From Bdellovibrionota bacterium (lineage in GTDB: Bacteria; Bdellovibrionota_G; JALEGL01; DATDPG01): a stretch of 64,000 nt of DNA. The notes under the pieces are model-generated. The model was not told the origin of the DNA. It did no database searches and saw only the letters and a list, made by a program, of their open reading frames with translations. Positions 1-9,314 of the stretch are shown in pieces. The translations under genes were made by a program, and so were the position numbers. Every line of letters starts with the position of its first letter. Position 1 is the stretch's first letter. The stretch covers positions 160,001 through 224,000 of the forward strand of contig OY764265.1 in NCBI GenBank assembly GCA_963668355.1, given 5' to 3'.

Positions 1-316
1 GGAAGCTGCAAGCTATCTTCTATTAAAAGCCTCTCATACGGCCCATATATTCAGTCGCTTTCATCTTCCAGGAACAAAGGAGTTCGACAAAGCCATGCAC
101 TGGAGTCTTGCTTCCTTTTTGAGCGTCCGGGAGGATCCAAAAGGCGTGTTCGTGGCCGGCCTTTGGTGGGAGTGGGCTGAACCCATCTTGAAAGCCTTTG
201 CTTCGAGCCCTCGATCCAAGACCTCTCACTTAGAGGATTTGAGGGACATCATCGTTAACGCGTATGGTATTGAAGCCGGTTGGCAATATGACCGGATCTG
301 CAAAAACCCAAACTAG
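1..316 (+). CDS. 3' end of a hypothetical protein (begins upstream of the window)
   Basis: Frame 2 is open from base 2 (EAASYLLLKASH...) to TAG at 314-316; the 95..316 ORF is its tail. Confidence 0.5.
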   Translation, partial: EAASYLLLKASHTAHIFSRFHLPGTKEFDKAMHWSLASFLSVREDPKGVFVAGLWWEWAEPILKAFASSPRSKTSHLEDLRDIIVNAYGIEAGWQYDRICKNPN

Positions 317-326
317 ACAATGACAA

Positions 327-1814
327 CTACATCGGCTCGCCAATACCAATGGGCAAGCCGAGGTTATACCAAAGAACCAGCATGATCATCCAAGCGATGG
401 CCGAGAAAACGGCATACGGCAATAGCAAACTAAAGACCGTCCCCACTCCCGCATCCTTTCGATATTCAGACACCCATCCCAAGATCAATGGAAACATCGT
501 ATAGAGGGGACTGATACCGTTGGTGACCGAGTCTCCGATTCGGTACACAAGCTGCGTGACTGCGGGAGAAACATTGATGTGATACAGCATGGGGACAAAA
601 ATCGGAGCCATCATGGCCCATTTGGCGGATGCGCTTCCTATAAACAGATTGATCACCAATGCCATCAACACAAAAGAAACAAAGAGGAGAGAACCGTTAA
701 AGTTCGTGGCTTTCAAGAACTCGGCCCCTTCAATGGCGATCAATTGATCCATGTGACTCCATTGGAAGAGTTTGATGAACTGCGCAATCATGAAACATAA
801 AACTATGTACGGCCCCAGGGCACGAACGCCCTCCACCATAAAATGTACAATATCCACTTTCTTTTTTACGGTTCCGACCACTTTTCCATAAACCCAGCCC
901 ACAATCACAAAGAAAAAGAAGAGAATGGGAATCAATCCTTTGAAAAAGGGACTTCGCATGAAAAGTTTGGGATCGGCGTGACGAAGCAAACCATTTTCTG
1001 GGATGATCGTGCTGAAAACCAGAATGAGATAAAAAACTCCAACAACTACCGCCCAGCGCAGTCCTCGTTTTTCGATGTTGGTCAAACCCACATGTTCCTC
1101 GGATGAGATTTCAATCTTTTCATCCCGGAAGAGAGGGAGCGTAAATTTTTTAACCACCCAAGTGAAAAGCACCGCCAACATGAATGTAGAAGCAATCATG
1201 AAATAGAGATTACTGGTCGCAACGACCTCCCCACCCGGTTCGATGGTTTGCATGGCTTCGGTTGTGATCGCTGACAAAAGAACGTCGGTTCCCGCTGGAG
1301 CTAAATTCGCCGTAAATCCTGCGGTGGCCGCAGCATATCCCAAAACAATTCCGGCCAAGGGATGTTTCCCCATTTTCTTAAAAATAATGGCCGCAAGTGG
1401 GGGAACCACGACAATTCCTGCATCAGATCCTATATTTCCACAAGCGCCCAAAACAATGATGGCCGGGATCACCAGCCACTCAGGAACACTAAAGACCACT
1501 CTCTTCATGGCCGCCTCAAGCAATCCAGTTTTTTCAGAAACTGCGACCCCCATCAACATGACCACCACCAAACCCAAGGGAGCGAAATGGGCAAAGTTAT
1601 GCACCATGGAAAGAACCATTTGCTGCAAAGCTGCTTTGGAAAAAAGACTCGTGGCTTGAACAAGTTCCCCAGTTTTGGGATTAACGGCTTCCCAACCCAA
1701 ACCAGACGCAATCATCGAAAGAATGATGGTGGCACAACAAATATAAACGAATAACCAAAAAGGATGGGGAAGCCGATTTCCAACTCGTTCGATCCAGGCA
1801 AAAAAACGCTCCAC
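327..1814 (-). CDS. abgT: AbgT family transporter (p-aminobenzoyl-glutamate transporter-like)
   Basis: N-terminal IERVGNRLPHP signature, multiple TM helices, YRIGDSVTN motif; GTG start with GGAGG upstream. Confidence 0.9.
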   Translation of the reverse strand: MERFFAWIERVGNRLPHPFWLFVYICCATIILSMIASGLGWEAVNPKTGELVQATSLFSKAALQQMVLSMVHNFAHFAPLGLVVVMLMGVAVSEKTGLLEAAMKRVVFSVPEWLVIPAIIVLGACGNIGSDAGIVVVPPLAAIIFKKMGKHPLAGIVLGYAAATAGFTANLAPAGTDVLLSAITTEAMQTIEPGGEVVATSNLYFMIASTFMLAVLFTWVVKKFTLPLFRDEKIEISSEEHVGLTNIEKRGLRWAVVVGVFYLILVFSTIIPENGLLRHADPKLFMRSPFFKGLIPILFFFFVIVGWVYGKVVGTVKKKVDIVHFMVEGVRALGPYIVLCFMIAQFIKLFQWSHMDQLIAIEGAEFLKATNFNGSLLFVSFVLMALVINLFIGSASAKWAMMAPIFVPMLYHINVSPAVTQLVYRIGDSVTNGISPLYTMFPLILGWVSEYRKDAGVGTVFSLLLPYAVFSAIAWMIMLVLWYNLGLPIGIGEPM

Positions 1815-1890
1815 GACATGTCCTCCTTAAAAAAAGGGCAAACATCCGAAAATGTTTGCCCTTATTCTCCAATTAATTTTTCAATGACTC

Positions 1891-3351
1891 TTAGGCTGCT
1901 TCTTTAACCGCAGCAATGAGTTCAACAAAAGCCTTCTTACCATCATTGAAGAACATCAACGTATTGTCCTGAGCAAAAAGCGGATTTGGAATACCCGCAA
2001 ACCCAGGGCTTAGGGATCGTTTGATCACAACCACGGTCCTGGCTTTGTCAACATCAATGATGGGCATTCCGGCAATGGGAGACTGAGGGTCCGTCCGAGC
2101 CACTGGGTTCACAACGTCATTGGCACCAATCACGATGACAACATCGGTTTGCTCAAGCTCAGAGTTGATTTCATCCATCTCTTTCAGTTTTTCATAAGGA
2201 ATGTCGGCTTCAGCCAAAAGGACATTCATATGTCCGGGCATGCGTCCAGCGACCGGATGAATACCATAAGAAACTTCAATGCCCTGCCCTTCAAGCAAAT
2301 TGCCCAAGTCACGTACAGCGTGCTGTGCTTGAGAAACGGCCATTCCATATCCAGGAACCACCACCACTTTCTGAGCACCATCAAACAACATCGCAATTTC
2401 ATCCGCAGATGTGGATTTGACTTTTCCTGCGTAAACATCGTCTGCACTCGCTGTGCTGGATGTGGGTCCCATGGTTGCAAACATGACATTTGCGAGGGAC
2501 CGATTCATGGCTTTACACATGATGCTGGTCAAAATGAGGCCGGAAGCTCCAACCAAAGAACCCGCGATGATGAGAACCGTGTTATTGATCACAAAACCTG
2601 TGGCACAACCGGCCAGTCCTGAATAGGAATTCAAGAGTGCAATCACAACCGGCATATCTGCGCCACCAATCGGAATCGTAATCATAACGCCCAATAAAGC
2701 GGAGATTCCGACCAACCACCAGTAATACGCCATATGCGTCGGGTGCATCACAACCATCACAGCCAGAGCAATGGCGGCCAATGCCAAAAGTGAATTGATC
2801 ACTTGTCGACCTGGAATGCAAATGGAGTCCGAAAACCAAACTTTCTTTCCGAACCATTTGAAGTATTTGACTTTCTCTTGGAGCTTAACAACGGCCACCA
2901 TGGAGCCAAAAAAAGTAATGGAACCAATCAATCCCGAAGCCGCTGTGGCAATCACATTGGGCAGGGTAAGTCCAAGAAGGTCAGCAGTAATCGCACCCGT
3001 AAAGCCGGAGGCTTTGTCCGCCGCGATGGCCAAGGCAGCACCGGCAACCAGCGTAGAGGCTCCACCACCAAAGCCGTTAAAAAGACCCACCATCTCGGGC
3101 ATGGAGGTCATGGGGACAATATAGGCCAAGAAAGCACCGATACCGCCACCGACCAAGCAAGCCGCCAATAAGAATTGCCAACTCACAATGTGCGTGACCC
3201 AAAGAGTAACAATTACCGCGAGCAGCATTCCGATCGAACTGATCATGTTTCCGCGAACAGCTTTTCGCGGATGTGTAAGACCTTTGAGGCCAACAATGAA
3301 TGCAACCGCAGCCAATAAATAAATTAAGTTTTGTAATGCTGTGTTTTCCAC
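1891..3351 (-). CDS. pntB: NAD(P) transhydrogenase subunit beta
   Basis: GGADMPVVI, NSYSG, PGYGMAV and HPVAGRMPGHMNVLLAEA motifs; start reassigned to GTG 3351 just after the pntA2 stop. Confidence 0.95.
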   Translation of the reverse strand: MENTALQNLIYLLAAVAFIVGLKGLTHPRKAVRGNMISSIGMLLAVIVTLWVTHIVSWQFLLAACLVGGGIGAFLAYIVPMTSMPEMVGLFNGFGGGASTLVAGAALAIAADKASGFTGAITADLLGLTLPNVIATAASGLIGSITFFGSMVAVVKLQEKVKYFKWFGKKVWFSDSICIPGRQVINSLLALAAIALAVMVVMHPTHMAYYWWLVGISALLGVMITIPIGGADMPVVIALLNSYSGLAGCATGFVINNTVLIIAGSLVGASGLILTSIMCKAMNRSLANVMFATMGPTSSTASADDVYAGKVKSTSADEIAMLFDGAQKVVVVPGYGMAVSQAQHAVRDLGNLLEGQGIEVSYGIHPVAGRMPGHMNVLLAEADIPYEKLKEMDEINSELEQTDVVIVIGANDVVNPVARTDPQSPIAGMPIIDVDKARTVVVIKRSLSPGFAGIPNPLFAQDNTLMFFNDGKKAFVELIAAVKEAA

Positions 3352-3353
3352 GA

Positions 3354-3632
3354 CTATTTCTTCCTTTTGAACATACCGAGCATTCGGTGTGTAACCAGAT
3401 ATCCACCAACCACATTCATCATGGCGAATGCGACAGCCGCGAAGCCGAGCCAAGCAGCCATTTCAGTTTCTTGCTGAGCCGCCAACACCAATGAACCAAT
3501 CAAGGTAATTCCCGAAATCGCATTCGATCCCGACATGAGAGGTGTGTGAAGTGTGGGAGGCACTTTCGTAATGATCTCGAAACCGATGAACATCGCCAAA
3601 ACAAAGATCGTTAACAACGCAACAAAGGTCAT
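3354..3632 (-). CDS. pntA2: NAD(P) transhydrogenase subunit alpha, membrane part (split alpha2)
   Basis: LHTPLMSGSNAISG motif. Confidence 0.95.
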   Translation of the reverse strand: MTFVALLTIFVLAMFIGFEIITKVPPTLHTPLMSGSNAISGITLIGSLVLAAQQETEMAAWLGFAAVAFAMMNVVGGYLVTHRMLGMFKRKK

Positions 3633-4807
3633 GACGCCTTCCTTTCTTCTGAAGAACCTTCACCCAACAACTCTTTCACCATGGGATGAACCACTTGTCC
3701 TTCTTTTGAAAGGAGTGTGCCGACTGTAATTTCATCCTCAAGATTTACCTCGAGCACACCTTCTTTGTTCACCAAATGTTTCAAGAAGGTGACGATGTTT
3801 CGGGCATACATCTGACTAGCATGAAATGGGATGGATGAGGGAAGGTTGAGCGAGCCAACAATCTTTACATCATGTTTGACCACCGTTTTTCCAGGCTCAG
3901 TGAGTTCACAATTGCCTCCTCGTTCGGCGGCCAAGTCAACAATCACGGATCCCGGCAACATGCCCTTCACCATTTCTTCCGTCACCAAAGTTGGAGCTTT
4001 CTTTCCAGGAACGGCAGCGGTGGTAATGACAATATGCTTATCCGACATTACCTTGGCCATTTCTTCTCTTTGGCGTCGATAGAACTCTTCGCCCATGGCT
4101 TTGGCATACCCACCGGAATCTTGGGAATCTCCCGCATCCAAATTGAGTTCAACAAATTTGGCTCCAAGACTTTCACATTGTTCTTTTACAGCCGGACGGA
4201 TGTCGTACGCATGAACCACAGCACCCATTCGTTTGGAAGAAGCAATGGCTTGAAGTCCGGCAACGCCCGCACCAATGACCAAGACATGAGCCGGAGCTAC
4301 AGTCCCCGCAGCGGTCATCATCATGGGAAACATTCGAGGAGATTCGTTGGCCGCCAACAGAACAGCTTTGTAACCGGCCACGGTCGCCATGGAAGAAAGC
4401 ACGTCCATGCTCTGCGCACGCGTGATTCGAGGCATGAGTTCCATGGAAAATGCACTCACACCTTTTTCCGCCAACGTTCGGATGGCTTTCGGCTCAGATA
4501 AAGCCTCAGCAATCCCCACCAACGTTTGGCCTTTCTTCATGAGATCTAAATCCGATTTTCCAGCTTCCAAGTTCGCCCCATACTGCCGAACTTGCGTCAC
4601 AATATCGGCCGATTGGAACACCTCAGATCGGGAAACCAATTTGGCTCCCTTAGATTTATATTCATCATCCGTGAAGCCAGCTTCCATGCCCGACCCCGAC
4701 TCAACCATCACGTCCAACTTAGCTTTCACCAGCTGCGCAACAGCGTCAGGAGTCAACGCCACACGTTTTTCTCCTGGGTATGTTTCTTTTGGAACTCCAA
4801 CAATCAC
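3629..4807 (-). CDS. pntA: NAD(P) transhydrogenase subunit alpha, soluble domain I
   Basis: GVPKET..EKRVALTP, RAQSMDVLSS, GAGVAG Rossmann motif, SGGYAK. Confidence 0.95.
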   Translation of the reverse strand: MIVGVPKETYPGEKRVALTPDAVAQLVKAKLDVMVESGSGMEAGFTDDEYKSKGAKLVSRSEVFQSADIVTQVRQYGANLEAGKSDLDLMKKGQTLVGIAEALSEPKAIRTLAEKGVSAFSMELMPRITRAQSMDVLSSMATVAGYKAVLLAANESPRMFPMMMTAAGTVAPAHVLVIGAGVAGLQAIASSKRMGAVVHAYDIRPAVKEQCESLGAKFVELNLDAGDSQDSGGYAKAMGEEFYRRQREEMAKVMSDKHIVITTAAVPGKKAPTLVTEEMVKGMLPGSVIVDLAAERGGNCELTEPGKTVVKHDVKIVGSLNLPSSIPFHASQMYARNIVTFLKHLVNKEGVLEVNLEDEITVGTLLSKEGQVVHPMVKELLGEGSSEERKAS

Positions 4808-4943
4808 AATCGCATTCCTTCCTCTGATTTCAAAGGGTTAGCTCAAAATTGAGCATCGACATTTTGCTTTTAGTCGAGTGCCCTCGATTGTCAACCTAAG
4901 TGGTCATGCTTTTACCTGGAATCTTGAACGGCGACTGTCCATA

Positions 4944-4959
4944 TGGTTCACTTCTTGCT
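4944..4959 (+). promoter_or_regulatory. sigma54-type -24/-12 promoter
   Basis: TGGTTCACTTCTTGCT (GG-N10-GC) ends 18 nt before ATG 4978. Confidence 0.65.
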
Positions 4960-4977
4960 CATCTGACTTTAGAACCC

Positions 4978-6510
4978 ATGCAGAAAACCCCAAAACCACC
5001 AAAAATAGCTGTTTTTACAGTGTTTTTCTGGTCCTTCCTGGGCATCCTTGTCGCAGGCTGTGGCGGAATTCAGCCAAAAAAGGACGATTCAACGGCCTCC
5101 CCCACCCGAGCTCAAACCCAATCTTCTTCTTCTGAAACCTCTTTAGACCCCATTTTGGATACGCGCCCCCCAACCGCACCTTCCAACTTGGTCATCACGC
5201 TTTCGCGGACCTATCTCTCCACGGCTGGAGAACGTTGCGTTTACGACCTAAAGTGGGACCCTGCTCACGATGACCAAACCTCCTCGACGGAAATAACGTA
5301 TCAAATCCTGAATGGAAAAACGGTCGTGGATGAGATCTTGGGAAAGACTTCGTACAGATTGATTTTAAATCAAGAGACTCAAACCCCGCTCAAGATTCAC
5401 GTTCGGGCGAAAGACCAATCCGGAAATGTTAGCCCAAACAGTCCTACGCTCACACTTTCCGTCTGCTCCAAAAAGGAGGACCTCGGAACTCCCTCCAAGA
5501 ACTCTTCCCCGAATCGCGAAACCCATTCAAGAACGGAGGAAAAGACTCGCCCCGCCCAAGATGCTCGCCCCGAACTCAAGCGAAATCTGAATCGCAGTGG
5601 ATTCGCTTCCTACCCCAGCGCCCACTATCAAATCAAACGGGATGTAAACTGTCATCCGGACTGGCCGGACGAACTGGCAAAAATCTATCCCTGCGACACC
5701 TTGGGAACCTTCTTTGGTAGCATGACGTTCCCCGACGACTCAACCGGCTTTGTCCTCCGGCGCTGGAATCCTGAGAACTTCCCCATTGTTTTTCATCTTC
5801 ATCCCAATGCTCTGCGTTTTGAAAAAGAAATTTACGAAGTCATTCAAGAACTCAATTCGGTCGGAAGAGATTTGGGAATCACCCCGAAACTGCGTCAAAA
5901 TGCCTGCAAAGACGACTCAGGACCCTTGATCTGCTTAGCTTCTCACCCCACGACCTCAGCCATCGAAGATTATTCCACTCACACACTTCGTCTCACCTAC
6001 ACAGAACATCCCACTCAAACCGTATTTGACTCGGAGTCCAACGAAGTGAAAAACATTGAAGCCAGCATTTCCGGGCTGACAACCTCCGCATTTAACTACA
6101 ATGGGGAGATTCTGGATGCTGACATTCAATTCAACATGCCCATTTTTGAAAAGCTCGTAGAAAAAATCATTCAGAACTATGGAGACCAACTGGGAGAACC
6201 CCAAGAAATCTACCGAAAACATATTCGGTGGCACATCATGCACGAAATGTTGCACGCATTTGGCTTGGAACATAACGAGGTTGGGGAAGCCTACCACTCC
6301 ATGATGAATACGCCGTCCATGATCAGTCGACCTGAAGTCGAACTCTCCTTAACATATGAATTAGAGAGAGAGCCCGGCTTAGACTATGACATCCAAGTTC
6401 TTCGATACCTTTATGTAGAAGACTCCTTCCTCACGCAAGGCGAACTCCCGGATTTCGAGCTAAATCGAACCCATCGTGACTTAATCCTTGTCCAGCGCCC
6501 TTCGACCTAA
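4978..6510 (+). CDS. Secreted lipoprotein zinc metalloprotease (metzincin/matrixin-like) with an FN3-like domain
   Basis: Lipobox LVAGC, FN3-like segment PPTAPSNL...AKDQSGNVS, HEMLHAFGLEH zinc motif followed by a Met-turn (SMM); start reassigned to ATG 4978. Confidence 0.75.
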   Translation: MQKTPKPPKIAVFTVFFWSFLGILVAGCGGIQPKKDDSTASPTRAQTQSSSSETSLDPILDTRPPTAPSNLVITLSRTYLSTAGERCVYDLKWDPAHDDQTSSTEITYQILNGKTVVDEILGKTSYRLILNQETQTPLKIHVRAKDQSGNVSPNSPTLTLSVCSKKEDLGTPSKNSSPNRETHSRTEEKTRPAQDARPELKRNLNRSGFASYPSAHYQIKRDVNCHPDWPDELAKIYPCDTLGTFFGSMTFPDDSTGFVLRRWNPENFPIVFHLHPNALRFEKEIYEVIQELNSVGRDLGITPKLRQNACKDDSGPLICLASHPTTSAIEDYSTHTLRLTYTEHPTQTVFDSESNEVKNIEASISGLTTSAFNYNGEILDADIQFNMPIFEKLVEKIIQNYGDQLGEPQEIYRKHIRWHIMHEMLHAFGLEHNEVGEAYHSMMNTPSMISRPEVELSLTYELEREPGLDYDIQVLRYLYVEDSFLTQGELPDFELNRTHRDLILVQRPST

Positions 6511-6572
6511 TTTTTGACGGTCTGTGTCTTTCCGATATAGTCCCGCTTCATTAACTCATTCGTGGGGACGAC

Positions 6573-7964
6573 ATGACCGAACAAAATCCATCCAAGCTTT
6601 CCATTCTAGATTCCATCAAAGTTCTCCTAACAGCATCTCGTGGCTATTTGTTGGTAAATCTATCCAATTTCGGAGACGGCATCGCCTACTTCGGCTTCAT
6701 CGGATTGATGGTGCTTTTTATGGAAAAGAATGTGGGGTTTACGGCTCACTACTCCACGGTAAGCATCAGTTCCTTTTCCGGTGCCGTTACCATTTTCATG
6801 GCTTTGGGTGCCGGAGCCCTAGCTGACCGATTGGGCGTCCGACGGGCACTCACCGTTGTCTGGGCGCTTCTCCTTGTGGGCCGAGCGGTGTTCACCATGA
6901 GTCCAATGGGAGGAACGGTTTATTGGTCCGGTGCCATTGCCATTCTGGGTCTCTTTTTAATGGCCGCTGGAGAAGGCGTCATTCAACCGGCTCTCTATGC
7001 AGGAGTTAAGCACTACACGACAGAAAAAACCAAGACCCTGGGGTACGCGTTCATCTATGCCGTCATGAACCTGGGCATTGTGGTTGGAGAAGCTCTCTCC
7101 CCGATCATTCGAAAATGGTGGGCCGCCAATGTTGAGGGCGTGAACATTCTGGACAAAGGTCACGGAGGAGCGGGGATTGAAGGATCTTTTTGGTTCTTCA
7201 CGGGGGTCACTCTCCTCATGCTTCTCATTCATGTCATGTTTTTCACAAAAAAGGTGGAAGAACGAGATCGAAAAGTCGAACCCGATGAAGAGCCCGAGAG
7301 TGAAAAAATTCCTCTCATGCAGAAGGTTAAGAACTTGCCCATTTGGGATGTTCGATTTTTCTCCTTCATCTTCATTCTTCTTCCCGTGCGAACCTTATTC
7401 GCTCACCAATTTCTCACGATGCCTCTTTTTGTCGAACGCGCCTTTCCCGCCTCCGTCGCAGCAAAATGGGAATGGGTTTACATGATTAACCCTGCCGTCA
7501 TCGTCATCTTTGTTCCCTTGATCGCAGCGTTAACACTCAAAAAGAAGGTCTTGGACATGATGATTGTGGGAACGCTATTTAGCGCCCTGTGCAGCTTCCT
7601 TCTTTGCACTGAGCCCAGCCTCACAACCTTGCTGGCCTATATGGTTTTGTTTTCTTTGGGCGAGGCAGTTTGGTCCTCCCGCTTTTTGGAATACATCGCA
7701 GACATCGCCCCCTCTAAACAGGTGGGCGTATACATGGGCTTGGCCACCATTCCTTGGTTTTTGGCAAAATTCACAACGGGTTTATACGCCGGTTGGATGC
7801 TCGACAAATTCGTACCCGCTACAGGCACCCAGCACACCGGGATGCTCTGGTTCATTTATGGAGCGATTGCACTCATTTCCCCAATAGCGCTGTTACTGAT
7901 GAGAAAATGGCTTCTCAAGGGCGTGAGAAACGATGGCGTGGGAAACGAAGCCGCTGAAGCTTAA
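6573..7964 (+). CDS. MFS transporter (peptide/POT-like)
   Basis: About 12 TM helices, MFS motif A GALADRLGVRR. Confidence 0.85.
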   Translation: MTEQNPSKLSILDSIKVLLTASRGYLLVNLSNFGDGIAYFGFIGLMVLFMEKNVGFTAHYSTVSISSFSGAVTIFMALGAGALADRLGVRRALTVVWALLLVGRAVFTMSPMGGTVYWSGAIAILGLFLMAAGEGVIQPALYAGVKHYTTEKTKTLGYAFIYAVMNLGIVVGEALSPIIRKWWAANVEGVNILDKGHGGAGIEGSFWFFTGVTLLMLLIHVMFFTKKVEERDRKVEPDEEPESEKIPLMQKVKNLPIWDVRFFSFIFILLPVRTLFAHQFLTMPLFVERAFPASVAAKWEWVYMINPAVIVIFVPLIAALTLKKKVLDMMIVGTLFSALCSFLLCTEPSLTTLLAYMVLFSLGEAVWSSRFLEYIADIAPSKQVGVYMGLATIPWFLAKFTTGLYAGWMLDKFVPATGTQHTGMLWFIYGAIALISPIALLLMRKWLLKGVRNDGVGNEAAEA

Positions 7965-8584
7965 GTCACATACTTCTCAATGGTTTTGAGAACATCGATT
8001 CGGTGAACCAAATCGGAAAGATAATCCAACTTATCAATCTGCAGAACCAATGTCGGGCTCGCCTTGTACGACGCGAACCACTTCTCATAAAGCTGATTTA
8101 ACCCCTTCAAGTAAGCAGGATCGATGTCTTGCTCTTCGGGCCGACCTCTCATCTTGATCCGCTTCCGAATGGTTCGAAGATTCGCACGCAAATAAATGAG
8201 TATGTCAGGAGGCTCAATGGCATTTAAAATCGTCCGATACAGATCTTGGTAAACCCCCCAGTCTCTTTCATGAATGAGCTTTTTCCGATGCAACATTTCA
8301 GCAAAAATCTCTGCATCTTCGAAAATGGTTCGATCTTGTACAATTGTTTTTTTGCCTTTTTGCTGGTCAAGCTCTTGGTGAATTCGAAACTTATGCGTCA
8401 AAAAATAGAGCTGAGAATGAAAGGCCCAGGACTTCATATTTCCGTAAAACAGCTTCATATATGGGTTATTCGCGTTGGGCTCAAAAAACGGCTGAACGCC
8501 ATAGGTCCGGCAAATAAAATCAACCAACGTGCTTTTTCCGGATCCCATATTTCCTGCGACCGCAATGTAGATGGGTTTTGCCAT
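7961..8584 (-). CDS. Deoxynucleoside kinase
   Basis: P-loop GNMGSGKST, DRTIFED, RIKMRGRPEE lid. Confidence 0.9.
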   Translation of the reverse strand: MAKPIYIAVAGNMGSGKSTLVDFICRTYGVQPFFEPNANNPYMKLFYGNMKSWAFHSQLYFLTHKFRIHQELDQQKGKKTIVQDRTIFEDAEIFAEMLHRKKLIHERDWGVYQDLYRTILNAIEPPDILIYLRANLRTIRKRIKMRGRPEEQDIDPAYLKGLNQLYEKWFASYKASPTLVLQIDKLDYLSDLVHRIDVLKTIEKYVT

Positions 8585-8672
8585 AGGCCTATGGGGCTCA
8601 TAACACTCTTTTTGATTTCTGGATACTTCACGAGCTTTTCATTTTGGCTCGAGCCGCGTATAGGGAATTTCC

Positions 8673-9314
8673 ATGAGCGAAAAAACGATTGTGGGAATTT
8701 GCGGAGGATCAGCTGCGGGAAAATCACTTCTGGCCCGTTTCCTCCAAAAGGAAATTCAATCTTCTTCGTTCATTCTCTCCCAAGATCGTTATTACAAAAA
8801 CATTGGACCCCTCACTCCGGAAGAACGATTGAAAGAAAACTTCGATCACCCAGAGGCCATCGACCATGACCGTCTCGTTCAAGATTTGAAACGATTTCAG
8901 CGGGGTGAAGCCATTGAAATTCCGAAATATGATTTCGTTTCATGCAGTTGGACTGGATTTGAGAAAATCAACGACCTCCCCCCGGTTCTCATTTTGGAAG
9001 GTCTTTTCATCCTTTGTGTTCCGGAAATCCTGGCCTTATTGGATTTTAGCATTTTCATTGACTCAAACGAGGAAAAGCGAGTTCAACGAATCATTCGAAG
9101 AGACTTAAAAACGCGAGGAAGAACCGAAGAAACGGTTCGAGAGAATTTAAGCAAGTGGGTCCTACCCATGCACAACCAATTTATCCAATCCTACAACGAT
9201 AAAGCCAATCTCGTCGTAAAAAACAATTCAGATGAAAAAGAGACACTTAGTGAACTCGCCAAGCAAGCCGCTTTTACCCTCAAACATCAGTTTCCGTCTC
9301 TGGGCGCAAGATAG
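8673..9314 (+). CDS. udk: Uridine kinase
   Basis: GGSAAGKS, SQDRYY, NFDHPEAID, ILEG, RRDLKTRGR. Confidence 0.9.
   Translation: MSEKTIVGICGGSAAGKSLLARFLQKEIQSSSFILSQDRYYKNIGPLTPEERLKENFDHPEAIDHDRLVQDLKRFQRGEAIEIPKYDFVSCSWTGFEKINDLPPVLILEGLFILCVPEILALLDFSIFIDSNEEKRVQRIIRRDLKTRGRTEETVRENLSKWVLPMHNQFIQSYNDKANLVVKNNSDEKETLSELAKQAAFTLKHQFPSLGAR

Noticed and set aside
3352..3453. N-terminal extension of pntB in the ORF track
   Set aside because: It overlaps pntA2; GTG 3351 gives a normal PntB N-terminus
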